Shown: positions 23,576 to 32,000 of the stretch, piece by piece
Numbering within the stretch: the first letter of the stretch is position 1
Layout of the letters: each line of letters opens with the position of its first letter
Origin: Candidatus Nitrospira inopinata
Lineage (GTDB): Bacteria > Nitrospirota > Nitrospiria > Nitrospirales > Nitrospiraceae
Length of the DNA stretch: 32,000 bases
Assembly: GCF_001458695.1 (NCBI RefSeq)
Contig: NZ_LN885086.1
Location: 3,090,001 to 3,122,000 of the forward strand
Direction: 5' to 3'
Made by a program: the position numbers and the translations under genes
The notes under the pieces: generated by a model
What the model was told of the DNA's origin: nothing
The model's database searches: none
The model's input: only the letters and a program-made list of their open reading frames with translations

Positions 23576-26167
23576 TCACGCCCCCTCACTGCCTGCGCCG
23601 GTCCAATGCGCGGCGAGGATCGCCTGAAACTGAGCCTGTTGCCCGCCGGTGCCGGCGCCGGCGGCCGCCGCCTCCCAGGAGAGGCCGGTGTCGGTCGTAA
23701 ATTGCACCATGGCCTGGATGAGCGACTCCACCTGCGTGTGGAGGAGGAGGTGCCTCGTGCCGGTCTCGATCGTCTCAACTTGATTGGCGGCGCCGACGTA
23801 CCAGTCCCGGATCGTCACCTGATCGGACGTTCTCCGCAAGGCCAACCGCAGGTCGTCGGCCTGTCGGCTGAGAATCACATCGACCGGAGCAGTCCCTCTG
23901 CCAAACAGCACCTTGTCGGCGGCCCCGTCGGTGTCTTGGATCACATCCTGTCCATCGCCGCGCCCGAACACATAGGTGTCGCTGCCCGCGCCGCCTATGA
24001 GTACATCGTTCCCCTGACCGCCGATCAAGACGTCATTGCCGACCCGGCCGTCGAGCCGGTCGTTGCCGGCCAACCCGATGAGGAGATTGTCGGCGCCATT
24101 GCCGATCAGTTCGTTGTCCAGAGCGTTCCCCGTCAGGTTCAGCTTCGTGTCCGCCGTGGAGCCGGCATCCAGTCGCTCCAGATTGGCTCCCAACGTGAGC
24201 GTCGTCGCCCTCATCAGATCGCTCACAATCCCTCGAAGGATGACCTGATCCGTTCCCTGATTCCGCCCCTCGGTGATCGTGTCTTCAAGCTTGACGGTGG
24301 CCGCCACCCCTTCACCTGCTCGGACAAGATCCACGAGGTAGGTGTCGTCCCCGGCCCCGCCGATCAGCCGATCCCTGCCGGCGCCGCCGTCCAAGGTATC
24401 ATCCCCCGCGCCGCCGCTCAGGGTGTCGGTGCCCGCGCCGCCCTCGAGCACATTGTTGCCGCTGTTGCCGATCAGGATATTATTCAGCTCATTGCCCGTC
24501 CCGGCGAGGTCGGCTGTCCCCGTCAAGGTGAGATGCTCCACGTTCGGCCCGAGCGTGAAGTCCACGGCGCTCAACACCAGATCGATCCCGCCCGCCGCCC
24601 CGGCCAGCGACTCCGTCACGGTATCGCCCAGACTGTCCACGATGTAGGTATCATTGCCGGCTCCCCCCTCCATCGCGTCATCGCCCACGCCGCCATCAAG
24701 CCGATCGTTCCCCCCGTTGCCGATGAGGGTATCGTTGCCCGCGCCGCCTTCGAGCACGTTGGCCGCGCCGTTGCCGATGATGACGTTGTTCAACTCGTTG
24801 CCCGTGCCATTGATGGGCTTAGTGCCGGTGAGGGTCAAATTCTCGAAATTCGGCCCCAAGGCATGGGTGATGGAAGATTCGACCAGGTCGGTGCCGGCGC
24901 CGGGCTCTTCCACGAGCACATCCGTCCCCTGGCCGATCACGTAGGTGTCGTCACCCGGCCCGCCGCTCAACGTGTCGTTCCCCGGCCCGCCGATCAGCCG
25001 ATCCCTGCCCGCGCCGCCGTTCAAGGTGTCATGGCCGGCATTGCCGACTAACACGTCGTCGAGATCCGTACCGGTGAGCACGTTGTCTCCTGCATTGCCG
25101 GTGATGGACAGCCCGTTGCTTACAGCGGACGCATCCACGTTCAGGGCGGTCTTCCCGGTCGTGACGCCCGCGGCGGTTCCAATCACGACACTTTCGATCT
25201 CCGTGACGCCCGAAGCCAAGACCAATGTCTGGCCCGGCACGACGCTCGCGAACCGGATCGTATCATCGCCGGCCCCACCCGCAATGACCTCCCCCGAACC
25301 GTGATCGGCGGCGTTTCTGATGACCACCGCGTCGTTTCCGTCTCCGCCCAGAATCGCGTCGTCGCCCGCTCCACCGTCAAGGACGTCGTCGCCGCTTCCC
25401 CCGCCCAGTGTGTCGCCATTGGGTCCGCCGATCGTGATGACGTCATTGCCAGGGCCGGAGAGAAAGCTCATGCCGGCGGCGCTGTTGTTCGTATAAATAA
25501 TGGTGTCGTTGCCGGTCATCTGAGCACCGACCACGGAAAACAGCTCACTCACCGTGGTGATCGTGCTCAAGGCACTATAGGGAATCGAGAGGCTTCTCAT
25601 CATGATCGTATCCGTGCCGGACATGATCGCAATCTGAGTGACGGTTCCACTGAGGTTGAAATCGACGTCCGCCACCAACGTACCCCTGATGGTGACGGTG
25701 GTGGAACCGAACGTTCCCCGTAATTCCGTAATCCGCCCCGACACGACGCCGCCGGCTTGGTTGACCACAATCTGGCCGAGCATCGTGAATTGAAAACTCG
25801 GCACTCCAATGGTGAAGCTCTTGACAACTTCGTTACCGACCCCGTCTAAGGTACCGGAAAATCTCAGCAACTCTCCCGTCGATGGATTGTTGAAGACAAA
25901 CGAATTGATGATCGGGTCGACATTGCGACCGAAGAACTGTGACCCCTTGGCGACGAGGGTCGCCCCGGCATTCGCCGATGGAGGAAGAAGTGTGATCGAA
26001 ACAGACGTCGAGGTAGCCGAGTTAACTATGAAATACCCCGCTGCAATGTCGGCTGAGATCTGTTCAAACCGACTAAAGAAGGTATTGAACTGCGTTTCGA
26101 CGTCGAAAAGAGCCCCTACATTCACCGTTGACCAATCGGTTGTCGTGGAACCAGTAATCAGCGCCAT
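23576..26167 (-). CDS. RTX-type calcium-binding protein P2 (863 aa): shared N-terminal module, RTX blocks, HCBP-related-like C-terminal module
   Basis: SD GGAGGTG lies before ATG 26167. The N-terminus MALITGSTTTDW has no signal peptide. It has numerous GGxGxD repeats and the C-terminal DKVLFGRG...VTIRDWY...[19 protein letters not shown]...FQAILAAHW. Confidence 0.9.
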   Translation of the reverse strand: MALITGSTTTDWSTVNVGALFDVETQFNTFFSRFEQISADIAAGYFIVNSATSTSVSITLLPPSANAGATLVAKGSQFFGRNVDPIINSFVFNNPSTGELLRFSGTLDGVGNEVVKSFTIGVPSFQFTMLGQIVVNQAGGVVSGRITELRGTFGSTTVTIRGTLVADVDFNLSGTVTQIAIMSGTDTIMMRSLSIPYSALSTITTVSELFSVVGAQMTGNDTIIYTNNSAAGMSFLSGPGNDVITIGGPNGDTLGGGSGDDVLDGGAGDDAILGGDGNDAVVIRNAADHGSGEVIAGGAGDDTIRFASVVPGQTLVLASGVTEIESVVIGTAAGVTTGKTALNVDASAVSNGLSITGNAGDNVLTGTDLDDVLVGNAGHDTLNGGAGRDRLIGGPGNDTLSGGPGDDTYVIGQGTDVLVEEPGAGTDLVESSITHALGPNFENLTLTGTKPINGTGNELNNVIIGNGAANVLEGGAGNDTLIGNGGNDRLDGGVGDDAMEGGAGNDTYIVDSLGDTVTESLAGAAGGIDLVLSAVDFTLGPNVEHLTLTGTADLAGTGNELNNILIGNSGNNVLEGGAGTDTLSGGAGDDTLDGGAGRDRLIGGAGDDTYLVDLVRAGEGVAATVKLEDTITEGRNQGTDQVILRGIVSDLMRATTLTLGANLERLDAGSTADTKLNLTGNALDNELIGNGADNLLIGLAGNDRLDGRVGNDVLIGGQGNDVLIGGAGSDTYVFGRGDGQDVIQDTDGAADKVLFGRGTAPVDVILSRQADDLRLALRRTSDQVTIRDWYVGAANQVETIETGTRHLLLHTQVESLIQAMVQFTTDTGLSWEAAAAGAGTGGQQAQFQAILAAHWTGAGSEGA
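24399..24998 (-). repeat. 600-bp block shared with P3 (partner 26884-27483)
   Basis: At a constant offset of 2485 nt, 24399-24745 equals 26884-27230 (347 bp, 100%) and 24794-24998 equals 27279-27483 (205 bp, 100%). The two runs are separated by a 48-bp diverged patch. Confidence 0.9.
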
Positions 26168-26447
26168 CTTGCACCTCCGTTCAACTCATCGCCCGCCCGA
26201 AGGGGGAAGAGATAACACACAGAAGGGCAGCCGAGCAATTCGGGTGCTGTGCGCCGCACAAGGGCAATCGATCGGTCGTGATGGATTTACGACTCTTCTC
26301 GTCGAATGGGCTTACCGGCGGGAACGATCAGAGTGGCATGAAGCGCCAGACACCGGCAGATTGACTGGCGCAAGAAGCGACAATTGCGATTGAAGTCTGC
26401 GAAGTCTGGAGCACCGTACTCCGGGCTTTTCTCGCGACATCCCATCG

Positions 26448-28988
26448 TTACTGCCAATTCGCAGCGAGAATATTTTGGAAGTCCGTCTGTTGTTGAGCGG
26501 TCCCGGCGCCGCCTGCCAGCGCTTCCCAGGAGAGGCCGGTCTGTCTGGTGAAGGTCGCCATGGCCTGGAGAAGCTGATTGACCTGGGTACTGAGCAAAAC
26601 CTGGCCGCCGCCCGCCTCGATCGTTTCGATGCGGTTGTTGGCGCTCGCGTACCAATTTCGAATCGTGACGTGATCCGATGTACCCTGGACCATGATCCGC
26701 AGGTCGTTGACACGCCGGCTGAGCACCAGATCGAACGGATCGATTCCACTGTCGAAAACAAGCCGGTCGGTCGTCCCGCCGCCGTCTTGAATCACATCTT
26801 GGCCGTCGCCGAGCCCGAACAGATAGGTGTCGTTCCCGCTGCCGCCGTTGAGCGTATCGTTGCCCGTGCCACCAGCAAGGATGTCATCCCCCGCGCCGCC
26901 GCTCAGGGTGTCGGTGCCCGCGCCGCCCTCGAGCACATTGTTGCCGCTGTTGCCGATCAGGATATTATTCAGCTCATTGCCCGTCCCGGCGAGGTCGGCT
27001 GTCCCCGTCAAGGTGAGATGCTCCACGTTCGGCCCGAGCGTGAAGTCCACGGCGCTCAACACCAGATCGATCCCGCCCGCCGCCCCGGCCAGCGACTCCG
27101 TCACGGTATCGCCCAGACTGTCCACGATGTAGGTATCATTGCCGGCTCCCCCCTCCATCGCGTCATCGCCCACGCCGCCATCAAGCCGATCGTTCCCCCC
27201 GTTGCCGATGAGGGTATCGTTGCCCGCGCCCCCGATCAGGATATTCGCCGCATTGTTCCCGATCAGCACGTTATCCAGCTCGTTGCCCGTGCCATTGATG
27301 GGCTTAGTGCCGGTGAGGGTCAAATTCTCGAAATTCGGCCCCAAGGCATGGGTGATGGAAGATTCGACCAGGTCGGTGCCGGCGCCGGGCTCTTCCACGA
27401 GCACATCCGTCCCCTGGCCGATCACGTAGGTGTCGTCACCCGGCCCGCCGCTCAACGTGTCGTTCCCCGGCCCGCCGATCAGCACGTCGTCCCCCGCGCC
27501 GCCGATGAGAACGTCGTGGCCGCGGGAACCGATGAGGACATTGTCCCCGGCGCCGCCAGTCGCCTCGACCACGCCGCCGAGCTTGGAGGCATCGAGGTTC
27601 TCAAAATTGCTCTGGACCGGCACGTCGAGCAGTCCCCCGATCGAGACCACTTGGTCCACCTGCGAGAGATCCACCAATACTCGTCGGTTGCCTGGCACGG
27701 CACCGACCAAGATCAGGGTATCGACACCAGTCCCCGCGTCGATCGTATCGACGTCGCCCGCCGTCACGAGCATTGTAATCCGGTCATGCCCCGCCCCGCC
27801 CAAGACGGCATCCTGCCCGCGACCTCCGTCCAACACGTCGTCGCCGTCGCCGCCATCGAGGGTATCGTTCCCTCGGGAGCCGATGAGGACATTGTCCCCG
27901 GCGCCGCCGGTCGCCGAGACAAACCCGACGATCCGAGAGGCATCGAGATGTTCCACATTGATTTGCGTCGGCCCATCCACCGCCCCGCCGATCGACACGA
28001 CTTGATCGGTCGTCGAGGATAGATTCACCACCACTTCCCGATCGCCGGGCACGGTGCCGGTCAAGACCAGTGTATCGATACCGGGCCCGGCGTTGATCGT
28101 GTCTGTGTTGCCTGGCGTCACGAGCATTATGATGCGATCGTTCCCTCCGCCGCCGATGATGGTATCCAGTCCTAATCCCCCGTCGAGCACATCGTCCCCG
28201 TCACCGCCGACCAATGTGTCGCCATGGGGGCCGAGAATCGTGATGCTGTCGTTCCCCGCGCCGCCGACGAACGTCATGCCGGCCCCGGAACGATTCGTAT
28301 AGGTGATGGCGTCGTTGCCGGGCATGTGGTTGCCGACGAATGCCAAGAGGTCTTCCACCGTCGCCAACGTATCGGCGGCCAACGCCGCTTCAATCCCATC
28401 CCATGAAAGAGAAAGGCCCGTCATGGTGATCGCGCCGCCGCCGGACACCACGGTGATGCCGGTGACCGTGCCGGCCATGCTCGCGCCGCTCAGATTACCC
28501 GAAAGACCGAAGGTCCCCCTGAAGGTGACCGTGGCGGAGCCCACCCTCGCAACCAACGACGTCAGGTTGCCGACATAGGCGCCACTGGTGAGAAAATTGT
28601 CGGGGATTTGGATAATGCCATTGACCGTTTCAAAAAAGCCGGATGAGCCGATTGTGGCCGAGGTCAGGATTTCCGTTCCTCCGTTGACGGTACCGGTCGC
28701 CCGAAGCACCTCGCCGCTGCCGTTGGCGGGGTTCTTAAAATCGATCGTTCTGATCACAGGAGCCGGGCCATCCAATCCGGAGCCGCTCAAGCTCAGCCGC
28801 CCTCCGAAACGCATATCGAGAACCAGGAGGGTCGAGCCGGGCGAGACGATGTCATAGTTGCCGCTGTAAAAAGCGGCCAGAAGCTGACGGACTCGCGACG
28901 CGAACGTATGGAAATGGCCGACAAAATCGACCCGACCGAGCGAAACGCCCGACCAATTGATCGTCGTGGACCCGGTGATGCGGGCCAT
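26448..28988 (-). CDS. RTX-type calcium-binding protein P3 (846 aa), paralogue of P2/P4
   Basis: N-terminus MARITGSTTINW. It has the same N-module, two ~95-aa internal modules (NDRIxMLVTxGxxDTIxAGxGxDTLxLxGxVPG...QVVSIGG...LDAS), RTX blocks, and the C-terminal DRLVFDSG...VTIRNWY...LQAMATFTRQTGLSWEA...ILAANWQ. Confidence 0.9.
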   Translation of the reverse strand: MARITGSTTINWSGVSLGRVDFVGHFHTFASRVRQLLAAFYSGNYDIVSPGSTLLVLDMRFGGRLSLSGSGLDGPAPVIRTIDFKNPANGSGEVLRATGTVNGGTEILTSATIGSSGFFETVNGIIQIPDNFLTSGAYVGNLTSLVARVGSATVTFRGTFGLSGNLSGASMAGTVTGITVVSGGGAITMTGLSLSWDGIEAALAADTLATVEDLLAFVGNHMPGNDAITYTNRSGAGMTFVGGAGNDSITILGPHGDTLVGGDGDDVLDGGLGLDTIIGGGGNDRIIMLVTPGNTDTINAGPGIDTLVLTGTVPGDREVVVNLSSTTDQVVSIGGAVDGPTQINVEHLDASRIVGFVSATGGAGDNVLIGSRGNDTLDGGDGDDVLDGGRGQDAVLGGAGHDRITMLVTAGDVDTIDAGTGVDTLILVGAVPGNRRVLVDLSQVDQVVSIGGLLDVPVQSNFENLDASKLGGVVEATGGAGDNVLIGSRGHDVLIGGAGDDVLIGGPGNDTLSGGPGDDTYVIGQGTDVLVEEPGAGTDLVESSITHALGPNFENLTLTGTKPINGTGNELDNVLIGNNAANILIGGAGNDTLIGNGGNDRLDGGVGDDAMEGGAGNDTYIVDSLGDTVTESLAGAAGGIDLVLSAVDFTLGPNVEHLTLTGTADLAGTGNELNNILIGNSGNNVLEGGAGTDTLSGGAGDDILAGGTGNDTLNGGSGNDTYLFGLGDGQDVIQDGGGTTDRLVFDSGIDPFDLVLSRRVNDLRIMVQGTSDHVTIRNWYASANNRIETIEAGGGQVLLSTQVNQLLQAMATFTRQTGLSWEALAGGAGTAQQQTDFQNILAANWQ
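26884..27483 (-). repeat. 600-bp block shared with P2 (partner 24399-24998)
   Basis: See the partner entry. The identity is exact apart from the patch at 27231-27278. Confidence 0.9.
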
Positions 28989-29127
28989 GGCAAATGGTCT
29001 CCTCTGGCAATCAGGCTGCGTCGAGACTCCGGCTCAGGCTGGTCTTGCTGACCTTGGCAGGCGAGAAACGCTCCGCTTCATCGAGCATTCCGGCTCAGAC
29101 CGTCTGGGCACGGTTCGCGATCCTCCC

Positions 29128-32000
29128 CTACACTCCCGCCGATTGCCAATTCGCGGCGAGGATGCCTTGGAACTGCGCCTGCTGTTGGGTCGTGCCACTC
29201 CCCCCCGCCGCCGCCTCCCAACTCAACCCCGTGTCGGTGGTGAACTGGGCCATGGCGTTGATGAGTTGTTGGACCTGTCCGCTCAGCAACACTTGCCCGT
29301 TGCCCGCTTGAAGAATGTCCACCCGATTGGAGGCGCTTCTATACCAGTGTTGAACCGTCACGTGGTCGGAGGTCCCGCGAATCGCCACGCGCAGGTCGTC
29401 GGCCTGCCGGCTGAGAATGAGATCCAGCGGATTGACCCCGCTGTTGAATTGCAATCGATCGGCGGTCCCGCTGCTGTCCTGAATCACATCTTGCCCGTCG
29501 CCGCGCCCGAACAGATAGATGTCGTTGCCCGCCCCGCTGATCAAAAGATCGTTGCCGCTTCCTCCTCCAAGAATGTCGTTGCCCGCGCCGCCGATCAACG
29601 TGTCGTTGCCGGCCCCGCCCATGAGCCGGTCATGCCCGTTCGATCCGATGATGTGATTGTCCCCCCCGCTGCCCGTCACCGTCACATAGCCGGTGATGCT
29701 TGAGGCGTCGAGATTTTCAAAACCGATCTGGACCAGAGTCTCCGCCACACCGCCGATCGATACGACGTGATCGCTCGTCGAAGAGAGGTTGACCACGACC
29801 TCCCCGTTGCCCGCCACGGCGCCGGTGAGGATCAACGTGTCGATGCCCGGGCCGGCATTGATGGTATCGACATTGCCAGCCGTCACGAGCATGGTGATCC
29901 GGTCATTGCCTCCTCCGCCGTTGACGATATCCTGCCCCGGTCCCCCGTCGAGCACGTCGTCGCCGTCGCCGCCATGAAGCGTGTCGTTCCCGGCGAGCCC
30001 CAGAAGCACGTTGTTGCCGCTGTTGCCGGTGAGGATATTGTCCAACCCATTGCCCGTGCCGTTGATGTTCGCCGTGCCCGTCAAGGTGAGATGCTCCACG
30101 TTCGGCCCCAGGGTAAAACTCACGGAACTCACGACCAGATCCACGCCTCCCGCCGATCCCGCCACCGTTTCGATCACCCTGTCCCCCACGTGGTCCACAA
30201 TGTAGGTATCGTCACCGGCTCCCCCCTCCATCCGGTCCGCTCCCGACCCGCCGTTGAGAGTGTTGTTTCCGCTGTTGCCGATCAACACGTTGTTCAACTC
30301 GTTGCCCGTGCCGTTGAGATTCGCCGTACCTATCAAGGTGAGATGCTCCACGTTCGGCCCCAGGGTAAAGCTCACGGAACTCACGACCAGATCCACGCCT
30401 CCCGCCGATCCCGCCACCGTTTCGATCACCTGGTCGCTCGCACTATCCACGATGTAGGTGTCGTTGCCCGCGCCGCCTTCCATCCGATCGGCTCCCAGCC
30501 CGCCGTCGAGCCGGTCGTTCCCCCCGTTGCCGATGAGGGTATCGTTGCCCGCGCCGCCTTCGAGCACGTTGGCCGCGCCGTTGCCGATGACGACGTTGTT
30601 CAGCTCGTTGCCTCGGCCGTTGATGGGCTTGGTGCCGGTGAGGGTCAAATTCTCGAAATTCGGCCCCAAGGCATGGGTGATCGAGGACTGCACCAAGTCG
30701 ATCCCTTCGCCGGATTGTTCTATGAGCTCGTCGGTTCCCTCGCCGATCACGTAGGTGTCGTTGCCGGAGCCGCCGACCAATGTGTCATTGCCGGGGCCGC
30801 CGATCAGCGTGTCATTCCCGGCGCCGCCGACCAACGTATCGTTCCCAGGCCCCCCGATCAACGTGTCATCGCCCGCGCCGCCATTGAGCGTGTCATTGCC
30901 GGCCATGCCATAAAGGGTGTTGGGACCGCCGTTACCGGTGATGACGTTGTTGAGTTCGTTGCCCCTGCCGATCAAGGCGCCGCCCGTCAATTCAAGATTT
31001 TCGAGATTGGCGCCCAGCGTATAATCGATCGGCGAAAATACCTTGTCGATCCCCGCATTCCGCCCTTCTCGGACGATGTCGCCGGGACTGTCCACTCGGT
31101 AAGTATCGTCGCCCAGTCCGCCGATCATGGTGTCGTTCCCGGTGCCGCCGTTGAGCACGTCGTTGCCGGGCGAGCCGATGAGGGTATTGTCCAGACTGTT
31201 GCCGGTCACGTTGACCGAGCCGACGACTCTCGAAGCGTCGAGATGTTCAAAATTGGCCTGCACCAGTCCGTCCGCCGCCCCGCCGATCGACACGACTTGA
31301 TCGGAGAGCGACAGGTTCACCACCACTTCCCCATTGCCGGGGACGGTGCCGGCCAAGATCAACGTATCGAAGCCCGGGCCGGCGTTGATCGTGTCCGTAT
31401 CACCGGGCGTGATCAGCATGGTGATGCGATCGTTGCCGTCCCCGCCGACGATCGTATCCTGCCCAGGCCCGCCGTCCAGCACGTCGTCGCCGTCGCCGCC
31501 GTTCAACGTGTCGCCGTGTGGGCCGCCGATGATGATCGTATCGTTGCCCGGCCCTCCATGGAAACTCATGCCGGCGCCGCTGTTGTTCGTATAAATAATG
31601 GCGTCGTTGCCGGTCATCCGATTGCCGATGTAGGTGAAGAGATCGTGGACCGTCGTCAGGGTGTCGTTGGCCAACGCGGCTTCAACGTCATCCCACGGCA
31701 GAGAAAGACCCGTCATGGTGATGGCGCTGCCGCCGTTGACCACGGCAATGGCGGTCACGGTGCCGGTGATGTCGGCGGCGCTCATGTTCCCCGAGAGACG
31801 GAACCTCCCGTTGAAGGTCACCGTCGTGGACCCGATCCTCGCCGCGAGCGACGTCAGAGTGCCCGTGTAGTTGCCGCTCGCGGCAATGAGCTGGATGGTG
31901 CCGTTCATCGTTTCAGAGAAGCCGGGGGAGCCGAGGGTGACGGCCGTGAGGGTTTCGATCCCGCCGTTAAAGGTGCCGACCGCGCGGATCACTTCGCCGC
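29128..32000 (-). CDS. RTX-type calcium-binding protein P4, 5'-truncated by the window edge
   Basis: More than 954 aa in the window. Residues at the window edge ([16 protein letters not shown]) align with P3 residues ~94-109, so about 90 aa of the N-terminus should lie beyond nt 32000. The C-terminal module is DRLQFNSG...VTVQHWY...[19 protein letters not shown]...[11 protein letters not shown]. Confidence 0.9.
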   Translation of the reverse strand, partial: GEVIRAVGTFNGGIETLTAVTLGSPGFSETMNGTIQLIAASGNYTGTLTSLAARIGSTTVTFNGRFRLSGNMSAADITGTVTAIAVVNGGSAITMTGLSLPWDDVEAALANDTLTTVHDLFTYIGNRMTGNDAIIYTNNSGAGMSFHGGPGNDTIIIGGPHGDTLNGGDGDDVLDGGPGQDTIVGGDGNDRITMLITPGDTDTINAGPGFDTLILAGTVPGNGEVVVNLSLSDQVVSIGGAADGLVQANFEHLDASRVVGSVNVTGNSLDNTLIGSPGNDVLNGGTGNDTMIGGLGDDTYRVDSPGDIVREGRNAGIDKVFSPIDYTLGANLENLELTGGALIGRGNELNNVITGNGGPNTLYGMAGNDTLNGGAGDDTLIGGPGNDTLVGGAGNDTLIGGPGNDTLVGGSGNDTYVIGEGTDELIEQSGEGIDLVQSSITHALGPNFENLTLTGTKPINGRGNELNNVVIGNGAANVLEGGAGNDTLIGNGGNDRLDGGLGADRMEGGAGNDTYIVDSASDQVIETVAGSAGGVDLVVSSVSFTLGPNVEHLTLIGTANLNGTGNELNNVLIGNSGNNTLNGGSGADRMEGGAGDDTYIVDHVGDRVIETVAGSAGGVDLVVSSVSFTLGPNVEHLTLTGTANINGTGNGLDNILTGNSGNNVLLGLAGNDTLHGGDGDDVLDGGPGQDIVNGGGGNDRITMLVTAGNVDTINAGPGIDTLILTGAVAGNGEVVVNLSSTSDHVVSIGGVAETLVQIGFENLDASSITGYVTVTGSGGDNHIIGSNGHDRLMGGAGNDTLIGGAGNDILGGGSGNDLLISGAGNDIYLFGRGDGQDVIQDSSGTADRLQFNSGVNPLDLILSRQADDLRVAIRGTSDHVTVQHWYRSASNRVDILQAGNGQVLLSGQVQQLINAMAQFTTDTGLSWEAAAGGSGTTQQQAQFQGILAANWQSAGV
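30010..30500 (-). repeat. Internal ~252-bp (84-aa) tandem duplication in P4
   Basis: The core 30082-30178 versus 30334-30430 is 96/97 identical. It encodes [17 protein letters not shown]...[43 protein letters not shown] twice. Confidence 0.85.

Noticed and set aside
26234-26249. Sigma-54 promoter upstream of P2 (minus strand CAGCAC-CCGAA-TTGCT), plus plus-strand TGGCAC hexamers at ~1992, ~3831 and ~6472
   Set aside because: The P2 candidate lacks the near-invariant GG of the -24 element. The three TGGCAC sites lack a TTGC -12 element at the correct spacing.

Overview
High-GC (roughly 60-65%) bacterial chromosomal window. All family calls are by eye from the ORF translations, because no searches could be run. 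Left third (1-10.8 kb) is a mixed set of genes: a BASS/ACR3-like permease, and an XRE-HTH/S24 (LexA-like) self-cleaving repressor whose start codon sits inside a perfect 35-bp palindrome. It also holds a PEP-CTERM-like secreted protein, a Uma2 (DUF820) nuclease-fold protein, a small HExxH lipoprotein and a UshA-type 5'-nucleotidase. The rest are tRNA-Arg(CCT) with an odd repeat-bearing trailer, two lipoprotein/secreted hypotheticals, a Pro/Ser-rich protein and a stand-alone Lrp/AsnC ligand-binding domain. Middle (10.8-19.4 kb, all on the minus strand): a sigma-54-dependent response regulator plus histidine kinase, malQ, and a HlyD/HlyB-type type I secretion (T1SS) pair. Right third (20-32 kb, minus strand): four tandem large RTX-type calcium-binding proteins, here called P1-P4, the last running off the window. 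They share one conserved C-terminal module. Three of them share an unrecognised N-terminal module of about 240 aa. P1 instead carries seven 55-aa repeats, including 815 bp of perfectly periodic DNA. The paralogues exchange exact DNA blocks (347 and 205 bp identical) in a mosaic pattern. The most interesting candidate system is this T1SS-linked, apparently gene-converting RTX paralogue array with uncharacterised passenger domains. A second Uma2 gene is wedged antisense between the array and the transporter. No CRISPR array, rRNA, transposase or integrase was seen.
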